Part shown: positions 12,923-24,930 of the stretch, piece after piece
How the letters are laid out: the number at the start of each line of letters is the position of its first letter
Numbering within the stretch: position 1 is the stretch's first letter
Origin: Malacoraja senta
Lineage: Eukaryota
Reading direction: 5' to 3'
Length of the DNA stretch: 64,000 nucleotides
NCBI GenBank assembly: GCA_038087875.1
Contig: CM075995.1
Coordinates: 124,001-188,000 of the forward strand
Program-made: the position numbers and the translations under genes
The notes under the pieces: model-generated
Database searches by the model: none
Told to the model about the DNA's origin: nothing
Seen by the model: only the letters and a program-made list of their open reading frames with translations

Positions 12923-14674
12923 AGACATTAATACGTTAAAAATAATCCACTTCTAAGAAGCTAAAATTGTTGTCTGCAGGTAATTTTAGTTAGAATTTAA
13001 AACGTACAAATTGTAGACTAATTCTTTAAACTAGTGAACAGAAGTCTTATGAATCACAGATTTTGTGGCTGTGATACCAAATTTCTCATTACATCATGAA
13101 AGTGAAAAGACATGTGCAAGCACAATTTTAAAATGTATATCTTGAAACTGCAGTCAGTGATTCAATCCTTCCTCAAAAGCACTGCTTTTTATCAGTCTTC
13201 TCTCTGATGTAATCAAGCTGAAACAGTTGGGCATTGTCATTTGTTGAAATATATCACCAGCGATGCACCAAACCTTATTTAGTGAGCATATTTCCCTAGT
13301 GACCCTAAACATATGCAGGTATGAATATTATGGTTCTCATATATATTCCAATATAATGGATACTTATTTTAAATTTATAGTTTTGCAGGTTATCTTAATT
13401 ATTGCCAAGTTTCCATCTTTATTTTACACTTGAACGCTTAAAGAGCTCATTAAAAATGCTAGGTAGACACAAAATGCAGAGGTAACTCAGCGGGACAGGC
13501 AGTATCTCTGGAGAGAATGCTGCCTGTCTCGCTGAGTTACTCCAGCATTTTGTGTCTACCTTCGATTTAAACCAGCATCTGCAATTCTTTCCCAAATAAT
13601 TAAAAATGCCTGCAGTCATGTGAGATGCTCAACCAGATTGATAATATCAGTTACTGGGTGCCAGGAATCCCTTCTGACTCAATATCTGAAAAGAACCAGG
13701 CAGAGATAGAGAAGTACACATTGGCATTCACTATTTCGGCAGCCTTCTCCACTGACAAAGACAAGAGCTAATGTTTCACCAGTGATCCAAAAATAACCCA
13801 CCATGTAATTTCAACGTAAGATAGTTAGCTAAAAGATATATCTCCATACTATCTTCTCACTCAGGGTATGTTGTTAATAAACCTTAAAAGAAAATTATTG
13901 ATTCATTTTAAAAAGGTCAAGTTCAGCTAATGCACTTAACACAAACCAGATTGGTGCCTTTGCAGAAAGGATGTGGAATCAAGTTAAATGTGGGAAATTG
14001 ATCTCTCGTGTGACTTTTACAAATACCGCCTCGATGGTGTGACAAGTGGCAAAGGAATGGCACTTGCCATTCATCATAATCAAACTTATGAGGGCTTTTG
14101 ACAGGCAATTTAACTTCACTCATCATCCTTTTTCTGCAGTGCCCCCCCCAAAAAATCAATGATGTCATAAAATGTGCATCTCTTCAATCAGATTGGAGAA
14201 TCCATGGGTGAAACAAGCAGTTTAAGGCAGGAAGTATGAATCAAGATGTTTAAAGCATGAATCATCTACAGTAAGCAAAATGATGAAAATGTAGAATTTC
14301 AGTGTCAAATGGCTACTTGGGCAATAAATATTATCCCTGCATTATATAATATAGGGGCTCTGTAAATGCAAGCATAATATTTATTGCCCAAAGACGCATT
14401 AATGATGATTTATTAAACCAATTTTTTAAAACTGCGAAACGCTGATCAGGTTTTTAAAGAACAAAATGGAGATAGCGCCCTGGAGAAGTTGAGTGACGGA
14501 ATTCCATGTCTGCTGGTGCTGCAACTACCAGTGGTGAAAATAAAAATAAAATTGAGCATTGCCAAGCGACTAAATATGTAATAATGTAGATATTAATGAA
14601 TGGGTAAGGCCTGTAGAAATTTGAAAACGATTATTTTTGAAAGGATCATGAATATGGCCATACAAACATGGTGA

Positions 14675-15455
14675 CAATAGACAATAGGTGCAGGAGTAGG
14701 CCTTTCGGCCCTTCGAGCCCTATCTAGCTCTCTCTTGAAAGTATCCAGAGAACCGGCCTCTGAGGCAGAGAATTCCACACTCATAACTCTCTTTGTGAAA
14801 AGGTGTTTCCTTTCTCAATGGCTTACCCCTGATTCTTAATCTGTGGCCCCTGGATTTGGACTCCCCCAACATCGGGAACATGTTTCCTGCCTCTAGCAGG
14901 AATATTGCAGTCAAGTGAAGACGGAAAGTTGCATTATTGTTGCAATCCTGCTATTGAGGGAGTGCAGCGTAAGTTTACAAGGTTAATTCCCGGGATGGAG
15001 GGACTGTCATATGCTGAGAGAATGGAGTAGCTGGGTTTGTAAACTCTGGAATTTAGAAGGATGAGAGGGTATCTTATTGAAACATATAAGATTATTACAG
15101 GTTTGGACAGGGTAGATGCAGGAAAAAATGTCCTGATGTTGGGGGAGTCCAGAACCAGGTCACAGTTTAAGAATAAGGGGTAGGCCATTTGGGACTTAGA
15201 TGAGGAAAATCTTTTTCACCCCGAGTTATGAATCTGTGGAATTCTCTGCCACAGAAGGCAGTGGAGGCCAATTCACTGGATGTGTTCAACAGAGTTAGAT
15301 TTAGCTCTTAGGGTGAAGGGAATCAAGGGATATGGGGAAATAGCTGGAAGGGGTACTGATTTTGGATGATCAGCCATGATCATATTGAATGGCAGTGCTG
15401 GCTCGAAGGGCAGAATGGCCTACTCCTGCACCTGTTTTCTATGTTTCTATGTATG
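14675..15455. mobile_element. Two CR1 3' fragments in opposite orientation (- 14675-14897; + 14946-15455)
   Basis: CR1 RT C-terminus and 3' UTR motifs on each strand. Confidence 0.85.
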
Positions 15456-16799
15456 TCAGATTGCAACTTCCTTATTTTAAAACGAAAGAATGTTGTTGCA
15501 AGTTTCTGTCCAATTTATCTAATTATTATGCACAGACCTCATGGTGGAGCCATTATTCCTACTGCAAAAAACACACTATTTGAGTGTCGGTATTTGGATG
15601 GCAGAAATTCTGTCAGAATTTCTTGTTCCTTCTGCTTCACTCAAGGAATCCTGCATCATAATTTCAAAATAAAGCTGCTCATTGGAATCTCTGGAACAGC
15701 AATTTATATTACCATTTTCACAAACATTGATATTCAATACAGTAATGTACATCACATCCTTCCAACAAATCACATTTGCTACAAAAGGGATACAAATTTA
15801 AAATGTTGTCATTCTGTAATAGACACCTTAATTTTTCTGGTTGAGCAAGGTTAGTGGCAATTGTCAGGATAATAGAAGTATCTAGTTTCAATAAAAATGT
15901 TAAACATGGACAGCACAAATTAAAATACAAAAATGTGAATTACTTTCGCACGATCTCTATCATAAACTGCTTACGATCTACATGAAGGAAAACTTCAGTT
16001 AACTGAACAATAACTTTCTGATGTTTAAACAATGTAACATTTCCTCCAAGCTTTTAAAAATACAACTCATTAAATGGGGCTATTACATCCAAATTAATCA
16101 ATGGTTTAAAATGCAACCCGCAACCGATTATTATTCATGACAATCACTGATAAGTTATCTTCAGTTTGTTCCGTCTTTGCATCTGTCACTACAATATTTT
16201 TTTTGCGGAAAATCTTTGTGTGCATTGTTGCCGGTAAACATTGCACCCAACAATGGCAAAACAAAGAGCATGTATGCAGAGTAAAGCAATCAGATTACAT
16301 TAAAGTGCCCCTGAAGAAAATACCTTCTGAAGTAAGCAAATGGGGAAGGAAATAAAAATCTCCATTGAAATGCCGATTCAAAACAATGAGACTGCGATGA
16401 GGCTGGTCAATGTCAAGAACAGGAGTCAATTTCCACTTCTCGTTAACATTGACCTTGCCTTGTTGCCGACAACAATGTGGTTTTAATCCTGCTAGGTCTG
16501 TCTGTGCGAGCTCGGTCTTCGGCTCGGGGGTAACCGATGCCTGAGTTCAAGGCCGGTGTGTGGAGATCTTTGATGTCCTCTAATCCCCGCACACGGTGGC
16601 GGAGGGGATGGGAGGGAGAGTGAACGACAGCCCCCGGGGAGGAAGAGGCCGATCGGCCCAGTAGAGGGCCCGGTGACTGCTGGCGTGAGGGGCGGCGGAC
16701 GAAAATAGATCTTTCTTTATAAAAATCTGGCGTTTAAAATCTTTTTTTTTAAATCACTCTGAAGAAATGGGCGAGAGCAAGCAGGCGGCAGCACTTTAC

Positions 16800-16818
16800 C
16801 TGTGTCCGAATAATACAT
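16800..16818 (-). CDS. Putative first coding exon of a divergently transcribed gene (MYYSDT, then phase-1 intron)
   Basis: Minus strand reads gccgcgccaccATGTATTATTCGGACACAG|gtaaag: strong Kozak upstream context and a canonical donor at the CpG-island edge. Confidence 0.6.
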
Positions 16819-16902
16819 GGTGGCGCGGCTGCCAGCCTGCCAGCCGATCGTTCCTCCTCCTCCTCTTCTTCTTCCCTCTCTCTGGCTCCTTCACCTCCGT
16901 CC

Positions 16903-16944
<42 letters not shown>

Positions 16945-17030
16945 TCGGTCTTTCTTTCTCTTCTCTCCCTCCTCTGTCCCTCTTCTCCTCTCCTTAACCC
17001 TCGCCTCCCCTCTCCCCTTCTGTCCCTCCT

Positions 17031-17067
<37 letters not shown>

Positions 17068-17192
17068 CCTCCTCCCCTCCCCTTCTGTCCCTCCTTCCCT
17101 CGTCTGCACCTTCTCTTCCCCCTCTCTCCCACCCTCCCCGCGCCGATCACCGCTCCCCTCACCTCAGTTCCGCCCCTCCTCTCTCCTCCCCA

Positions 17193-17320
17193 TCACCCGC
17201 GCGGGCGCGCGCACGCTCCCCGACTCCCTCTCACCCGCGCGGGCGCGCGCACGCTCCCCGACTCCTCCTCACCCGCGCGGGCGCGCGCGCGCTCCCCGCC
17301 TCCCCATCACCCGCGCGGGC
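17193..17320. repeat. 38-bp GC-rich tandem repeat (4 copies, last partial) in the CpG island
   Basis: tcacccgcgcgggcgcgcgc.cgctcccc at 17193, 17231, 17269 and 17307. Confidence 0.85.
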
Positions 17321-17442
17321 CCGCCTTCCCTCCTCTGGAATCTTCACCCGCACGACGCAGCTCGGGCGCGGGCGCGCGCGCGCTCGCAACCCCTCAGCCC
17401 GTGGGAGGAGCTCGGGCTCGCTCGCCCTTAACGCGCGCGGGC

Positions 17443-17473
<31 letters not shown>

Positions 17474-17850
17474 CACGAGAGGCGAGCGGGCCCCCCTCCC
17501 CCAACACGTTGCATCCTCGCCCCGCCCGACGCGCGCCCCTCCTCTCCCCCCCCACGTGATCTGAGCCCCGCCCCCCCCCCCGTGTTCCGCCCCCCTCCCC
17601 CACGCGTCATGCGCCCTCCCCCCTACGCGCCCCATGTTCCGCCCTCCCACGCGTCACGAACCCTTCTCCACGCCACGCCCCCCCGCCCTCCCACGCGCCC
17701 CTCCTCCCCCACGTGCGCGCGCCGGCCCCTCAACGGCCGTGATTTGCATAACCCGCGCGCGCGCCCGCCGCCGCTATCTTCATCATCATCAGGGGCGGAT
17801 TCAGTAAGTGTGTGTCCGGTCGCCCTCCGACTCTGACACAGCGGCGAGAC

Positions 17851-18375
17851 CAAACGTATGTCGGCTATACGAGACCAAACGTATACCAGCGATCGTTTCG
17901 CTGAACACCTCGCACTGAACTTTCCGTCCTGGGCCTCCTCCACTGTCAGAGTGAGGCCCAACGCAAATTGGAGGAACAGCACCTCGTATTTCGCTTGGGC
18001 AGCTTACACCCCAGTTAAATGATGTTGATTTATCTAACTTCAAGTAACCCTTCTCTCCTCCACCACCCCCTTCCCACCCCCAACCACCCCACCCCACCCC
18101 AGTCGTACCAGCTTCAAAGTTGGCTTATTGAGTCTCATTTTAACTCGTTTTCACCGAGACCACAATGGCCTGTTTCCTTTATCGTCGTTACTTATTTGCA
18201 TATCTTTTGTTCATTTGTTCTATATCTCTCTACATCACCGTCTATATCTCTCGTTTCCCTCTCCCCTGACTCTCAGTCCGAAGAAGGGTCTCGACCCGAA
18301 ACGTCACCTATTCCTTTTTCTCCAAAGATGCTGCCTGACCCGCTGAGTAACTCCAGCATTTTGTCGTCTACCAAG
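17851..18375 (+). mobile_element. Penelope-like element 3' remnant (GIY-YIG C-terminus + terminal repeat)
   Basis: Translates to ETKR..DRFAEHL and SVLGLLHCQSEAQRKLEEQHLVFRLGSLHP. Ends in c.gaagaagggtctcgacccgaaacgtc. Confidence 0.8.
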
Positions 18376-19569
18376 TTTCATCTGTGAACTTTGACCACCC
18401 AGCCGCGGGGGCAGCGGCACGCCTCGCCTCGCCTCGCATCGAGCACTGTTCACTGTCTAGGTTGGGTTTTTTTTTGTATGCTGGTTACCCGGACAGGAAG
18501 CGTTCTTTCGGCCGTTCATTTCTTTGCCAGCACTCCCCCTACTGTCACCGCTGTTTGCCCGCGGTTCAGGCCCGTCACTGTGAAATCCCAGTGATACGTT
18601 GTGTAACAAAAAGGTATTTGAGTGCATTGGCTACTACTTGGCACCTATCCTGGACTGGAAGATACAACATTTTATAACCATTTGGAGCCGGCAATTTGAT
18701 TGAAGGTGTTATGATGCATAAAGATTTGTTGCGCTGATCGAAGTTCAATTTTAGTGTTTGGAGGCTTGCAGTTTCTTGCATTTCAAATGCATTTCATGGT
18801 CTGAGAGCATCCAGTTTTGTGCAGGGGAGATCATGCCTGGCGAATCTGTTGGAATTCTTCGAAGAATAGCAGGACAGACAAATGGATGTTGTTTACCTAA
18901 ATTTTCAGAGAGCCTTTGATAAGGCTGCTAAGGAAGATGAGAGCCCATGGTATCAAAGGGTAGATAGTAGCATGGATTGCTGGATGGCAGAAGGCCAACC
19001 TCCATGTGCGTGTATCTAAAAAAAGTTCTCATTTTCCTTAGAGATAAGAGATTCCTTTATTTGTCATTCAGACCTTTCGGTCTGAACGAAATTTCGTTGT
19101 TATATGCTTTCTTATTTGTCTTATCCAAACTTCCATGTCTCTCGATATCTTGCATATTAAATAAATCACTAACTAGTTTAAATCTTTGCACTGTGGTCAT
19201 TGGCTTCTTCACTGAGAGAAGTTAGACTCGTAGAACATAAAATAGTACGGCACAGGAACAGGCCCTTCAGTCCACAATGTCTGTGCCAAACATGATGCCA
19301 AGATAAACAATTTTAGGTCTAACTTTCAATCGCATTACCCATGGATTATTACTGAGTCTTATCAAAAAACCTTGATAAAAGTCCATATAAACCATATTAA
19401 CATAACCAGAAAGTTCTTCCCAACATTTTTAAGATCTGAAACAAAAAACAGTCTGATTTATTTAATATGCCCCCCATCTAGAAAAGCAATAAGCATAGGG
19501 CATGCAAGATATCGAGAGACATGGAAGTTTGGATAAGACAAATAAGAAAGCATATAATAGGTATAAAGG

Positions 19570-19862
19570 AGCGGCATAGTGGCACAGTTGTAGAGTTGCT
19601 ACAATACAGCATCAGAGACCCGGGTTAGATCCCGACTACGGTTGTCTGTACGGATTTTGTACATTCTCCTGTGACCGTGCGGGTTTTCCCCGAGTGCTCT
19701 GGTTTTCTTCCACATTCCAAAGACGTGCAAATTTGTACGTCAATTGGCTTCTTAAAATTGTCCCTTGTGTGCAGGATAAAATAATGAAAGGGTGATCACG
19801 GGTCTGCACGGACTCTGGGCCGAACGTCCTATTTCCACGCTGTATTTCCAAATTAAACTAGA
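19570..19862 (+). mobile_element. V-SINE (HE1-like)
   Basis: tRNA-like head, V-domain, taaac tail. Duplicated at ~60546-60834. Confidence 0.8.
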
Positions 19863-21505
19863 GACGGGTGTTTAAAAAAATGCTTTAAAGGGAACTTAGA
19901 AAGGAAATTACAAGGGATCACAAGAAATTACCTGTTGTCATGATTAAGCAAAATCACAAGACATTCTATAAGCATATCAAGCTAAATCTCAAGATATTCT
20001 ACATATAACAACGACATAAGAAATAATAGGGAAAAGGTAGGGACCATCAAGGACAACAGGCAATTTGTGCATACAGCCAGAAGGCATAGGTGAAGTCTGA
20101 AATTAATAACTTCATTGGTATTCATAAAGAAAATGTGTTTGCCATTGAATAATGAATTGAAAGGGCAGGTAAAAGTCCAGTGCTGTTTTCCATAGATAAA
20201 AAGAGGTACTCGATAACTGACGAAGTTTGTAGGTGGATAAATTACCAGGGTCAGTTGGGATGTAACCTGGACTATTACAGGAAGGAAGGGAAAAGATGTC
20301 AGGGCTCTAGCTGAGATTTTTCAATCTAAAGGTGAGGTACTATTTGCGCAGAGGATAGCAAACGTGGCCATCCTTGTCAAGAAAGGCAGTGGGGAACAGC
20401 ATGGTAACTACAGAGCTAACATCAATGTTAGGGAAGATTCTGAAAAAAATTTGAGCAAGAGGATTGAAGTAGGGTTTCGACCCAAAATGTTGCCTATTTC
20501 CTTCGCTCCATAGATGCTGCCTCACCCGCTGAGTTTCTCCAGCATTTTTGTCTACCTTCGATTTTCCAGCATCTGCAATTCCTTCTTGAGCAAGAGGATT
20601 AATGATTTCTTGAAAAGTCAAGTCTTAATCAGACAGTCAATGTGGCTTTATCGAGGGACATCTTGTCTGACCAATTTGATTGAATTCTTTGAAGAGGCAA
20701 TGTAGTATATCAATGAGGCTGAAAGGCCTTTGACAAGGTGTTACATTGGATGGGAGACTAGTTCAAAAGATTAAGGTCAATGGGATCCAGGGCAAGTTGG
20801 CAAACATTGGCTTGGCAATAGAAGAGTGTGATAGTAGAGTTGTGAGAATGAATGCCAGTGGCACAAAGATTGCTGCTTGTAATGTACATGAATGAGTTTA
20901 CTGACAACAACATTACATGGAAATTGTCAGAGTTGTTGATGATTTGGAAAGTTATCAGCTTTGGTCATACCTCAACTGGAGAACTGCATGCAGTTCTGGC
21001 CACCAAGGTATTGGGAAAAATTTGATAGTGCTGGAGAGGATGCAGTGAAGATTCACCAGAATGTTGCCTGGGATGGAGCAGTTCATTTATGAGGAGAAAT
21101 TGGAGAAGCTAGGTCTGTTATCGCTGGAGCAGAGGTGGTTAAGAGGGACATGACTACGCTATAAAACATTATGAGGGGCATAGAAGGAAGAAACATCTTG
21201 CTTATCAACGGCAGATAATACTAGAGGACAAGAAGTAGAGGTTTAGAGGGGAGAAAACGGTGGCTTTGTTTACCCAGAGAGTAACAATTACCTGGAATGT
21301 ACTGTCTAAGACAGTGGTTAAAGCTGGGTTGCTGGCAGCTTTTATGAAGCATCTAGATACTACTTGAATCACTTGGGCAATGAAGTCTATGTGCTAAGTC
21401 CTGGCAGATGAGATTAATATGGAAGGGTATCCACACTGATCAGTGTGGACAAGTTGGACTGAATAATCTGTTTCCATGCTGCATGATTCTACGACTCTAT
21501 GACGA
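19863..21505 (+). mobile_element. Old degraded CR1-type LINE
   Basis: Remnant peptides SCLTNLIEFFEE and LERMQ*RFTRMLPG, and a tctatga tail. Confidence 0.7.
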
Positions 21506-21515
21506 TGTCATAGAG

Positions 21516-21937
21516 CAGGGGTCGGCAACCTTGTGCTGCATAGGGGCCAGGACGCATGTCTGTGAGCGGATGGCGGGCCACATCTATCACGTGTACACAT
21601 GGATCCCGCCACCATCCCACCCCGGATGGCAGGCATCAAATCACATGTTCACAGAAGGTAGACAAAAATGCTGGATAAACTGAGCAGGTGAGGCAATCCT
21701 TGCATGTCTCACCCGCTGAGTTTCCCCAGCATTTTTGTCTACCTTCGATTTTTCCAGCATCTGCAGTTCTTTCTTAAACATGTTCACAGAAGGTGCACGG
21801 CCGTGCCGGCGGCTTTGTGCAGGATGCGGTACAGCCAGAGCTCTGCGCTCGGCGGGCCGGATGATTACGGGGAAAAAAAATCTGCCTGCGGGCCGGATGA
21901 TTTTGGGTTACGGGCCGCATTCGGTTGCCGAACCCTG
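21516..21937. mobile_element. hAT (Charlie-like) MITE
   Basis: TIRs CAGGGGTCGGCAACC / GGTTGCCGAACCCTG with a perfect 8-bp TSD TCATAGAG. Contains a nested insertion flanked by ACATGTTCACAGAAGGT repeats. Duplicate at 62482-62903. Confidence 0.9.
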
Positions 21938-22243
21938 TCATAGAGAATAGGCTGCAGGGAAATATATAGGGGAACTAGACTAAGTGGGACCCGTTGGGTC
22001 CCATGTTCACACGGGAGGGTTGGTCCCCCAACACAATATTCCACCTCCACCAATTCCAATATTGGTGGCCAGTGGGGGAGGGGGGGGGGGGTTGTTTCTG
22101 GAACACTAGTATGGGTGTTGTGGGCTGAAGGGACTGGTTTCCAGAGAGCTAGTATGGCCATTGTGGGCCAAATTGATTCTTAGGGTGGCAGCTCACTCAC
22201 GGCTGGTGGGCTGGCAGTTGACTCACGGCTATTCCTTGAAATT

Positions 22244-23010
22244 CCATTTCAAGCAGGGTGCAAGGCCACCAAATTCAATTTCCTATCATTTCAAGCAGGG
22301 TGCAAGGCCACCAAATTCAAGTGCAGTTTCATACCACTTCAAGCAGGGTGCAAGGCCACCAAATTCAAGTGCAGTTTCATGCCACTTCAAGCAGGGTGCA
22401 AGGTCACCAAATGCAAGTGCAGTTTCATGCCACTTCAAGCAGGATGCAAGGCCACCAAATTCAAGTGCAGTTTCATGCCACTTCAAGCAGGGTGCAAGGC
22501 CACCAAATTCAAGTGCAGTTTCATACCACTTCAAGCAGGGTGCAAGTCCACCAAACTCAAGTGCAGTCTCATACCACTTCAAGCAGGGTCCAAGTCCACC
22601 AAATTCAAGTGCAGTTTCATGCCACTTCAAGCAGGGTGCAAGGCCACCAAATTCAAGTGCAGTTTCCTACCACTTCAAGCAGGGTGCAGGGCCAACTCAT
22701 GTGCAGTTTTATACCACTTCAACCAGGGGGCAGGGCCAACTCATGTGCAGTTTTATACCACTTCAACCAGGGTGCAGGGCCACCAAACTCGAGTGCAGTT
22801 TCATGCCACTTCAAGCAGGGTGCAAGGCCACCAAACTCGTGCAGTTTCATGCCACTTCAAGCAGGGTGCAAGGCCACCAAATTCAAATGCAGTTTCATAC
22901 CATTTAAAGCAGGGTGCAAGGCCACCAAATTCAAATGCAGTTTCATACCATTTCATGCAGGGTGCAAGGCCACCACATTCAAATGCAGTTTCATACCATT
23001 TCAAGCAGGA
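22244..23010. repeat. 48-bp minisatellite, ~17 units
   Basis: Unit cacttcaagcagggtgcaaggccaccaaattcaagtgcagtttcatac, with 42-46-nt variants. Confidence 0.95.
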
Positions 23011-23457
23011 TGAAACCACCAGAAAACCAGCATAAAACCACACAAAACACTACATAAACACCACACTCACAGTTCAGTAGACATTCTGTCTTCTTCATTC
23101 AGAAGAAGAAGACATTCAGTGTGTTCAGTTGATTCACAGCTCAGACAGAGTCGTGACCTCTCCCTCCCCCATCTTGCAGAGACTGAGCCAGACCCACACT
23201 TCCGGGTTTTATAATCCCTCTCCCCTCCCACCGGAAGGGTCGTGGCCTTCATAGCGTGATTGACAGGAGAGAGATTCTCAACATTTTTTAAACACTAAAA
23301 ACACTTATTTTTCATTCATGGGAAGAATCCTCTGCACCTGATGAGCGGAGGGGGACTGACCAAAAATCACAGCCGTAAGTGGTAGCGTTTTATCTAAAAT
23401 CAATATACAGTGCAAACAGGAAGTTGTCAAGTTTATACTTTTAATCATTTGCCATTT

Positions 23458-23690
23458 CAAACCAACCACCACCAACAACCATTTGCAGTGCTTTATTTCA
23501 AACCAACCACCACCAACAACCATTTGCAGTGCTTTATTTCAAGCCAACCACCACCAACAACCATTTGCAGTGCTTTATTTCAAGCCAACCACCACCAACA
23601 ACCATTTGCAGTGCTTTATTTTGAACCAACCACCACCAACAGCCATTTGCAGTGCTTTATTTCGATCCAACCACCACCAACAGCCATTTG
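23458..23690. repeat. 41-bp minisatellite, ~6 units
   Basis: Unit accaaccaccaccaacaaccatttgcagtgctttatttcaa. Confidence 0.92.
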
Positions 23691-24790
23691 CCTAATTCAT
23701 AATGTCTCACAGTGCGAGAGACCCGGGTTTCATCCCGATCTTGGGTGCTGTTTGTGTGGAATTTGCACGTTCTCCCTGAAATTGGGGTTTCCTCCCTCAT
23801 CCCAGACATGGAGTTTCATAGGTTAATTCGCCTCTGTAAATTTCCCTTAATGTGTAGAGAGTGGATGAGAAAGTGAGAAAACATAGAACTAGTGTGTGAA
23901 GGGATGATCAATGGTTGACATCGTCTCGGTGGGCTGAAACATCTATACCTTGTTCAATGCCTTTTGATATTTTGAAACAAACAAAAGCAGATGATGGTGC
24001 CTGACCCACTGAGTTCCTCAATAGGTCTGCACGAGGTCCTCTCTACTGGAGAGGTCAATACCTGCAAGAGAGGTTGAGGACAGAAGATGGAGGAAAATTG
24101 TAGACACAGGGTGGTTGAGCAGCTCAGCATCCTCTGGAGATCATGGATGTATGAAGTTTCGGGGTGGGACGTTTCTTGAGTCTCAGTCTGAAGAGGAGTT
24201 CCGATCCACAATGTTGCCGTTTTTTCTCCAGTGATGCTGCCTGATCCGCTGTGTTGCTCCAGCATTTTGTGTCTATTTTTGGTATAAATCAGCATCTGCA
24301 GTTCCTTGTTTGCAAATTGTTATGAATGTTGCAGAATGAGAACCAAGTTGGCTCCAAACTTGGGCGATTCTTTGCGTGCTGGTCTCAAAGTGATTCTTCA
24401 ACCATTCATTAGAATCGCTCCACTCTTTTAAATCTTTATTTATTCCCTTTATCTTGTATCTGTACACTGTGAGTGGCTCGATGTAATCATGTATTATCTT
24501 TTTGCTAACTGGGTAGCCCAGCAACAAAAAGCTTTTCACTGTACCTCGGTACACGTGACAATAATAAAAAACAAATAAATGAAAATAATAAAAAGCAAAT
24601 AACCTTTCCAGCAATATTTTTTAAATTAACCACAACACAATGGTTCAAATAAATTAGTTTTTAACTGAAATCAGATAGCATTAGTTACAATTTATAAGCC
24701 TACTTTGCTTATAACAATCCATCTTTTTCCTTCAGATAAAAGTCTGTTTTTATGTGATGCCATCACATTATTTATTTCCCTGAAGCAACC

Positions 24791-24930
24791 ATGAGTACTA
24801 AAGTTGATATACCAAAGGGAAAGAAGTTGAACAAATATGGAGAACTGGAAAATATTGAATTGACTGCAGAAGACTGGATTACACGTTGGGAAAAGAAACA
24901 CATTGGTTTTCATAAGGATGAAATTCACAG
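24791..24930 (+). CDS. TPMT: TPMT coding exon 1 ([46 protein letters not shown])
   Basis: caaccATG start, 140 nt, donor AG|gtaaat. Candidate upstream acceptors end at 24735 (ttcag) or 24785 (tgaag). Confidence 0.93.

Larger units (their letters stand above)
16500..17850. promoter_or_regulatory. CpG island, probable bidirectional promoter for TPMT (+) and a divergent gene (-)
   Basis: Very GC/CpG-rich, with several CCGCCC boxes, CACGTG E-boxes (~17553, ~17710), ATTTGCAT at 17742 and (CT)n/(GA)n tracts. There is a + strand donor-like gtaagt at 17804 and a - strand donor at 16799. Confidence 0.8.
21975..23700 (-). mobile_element. Helitron-like non-autonomous element carrying two minisatellites
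   Basis: Minus strand ends in hairpin GGGACCC-aac-GGGTCCC, 7 nt, then CTAG|T. The 5' boundary is uncertain. Confidence 0.65.

Noticed and set aside
16749..17982. Low-complexity ORFs (ER/SL/RA-rich)
   Set aside because: They arise from (CT)n/(GA)n microsatellites and GC-rich CpG-island sequence.
22161..23043. Long repetitive ORFs in several frames (HFKQGARPPNSSAVSY)n; CRISPR-like appearance
   Set aside because: A by-product of a stop-poor 48-bp minisatellite. There are no unique spacers or cas genes, and the context is eukaryotic and intronic.
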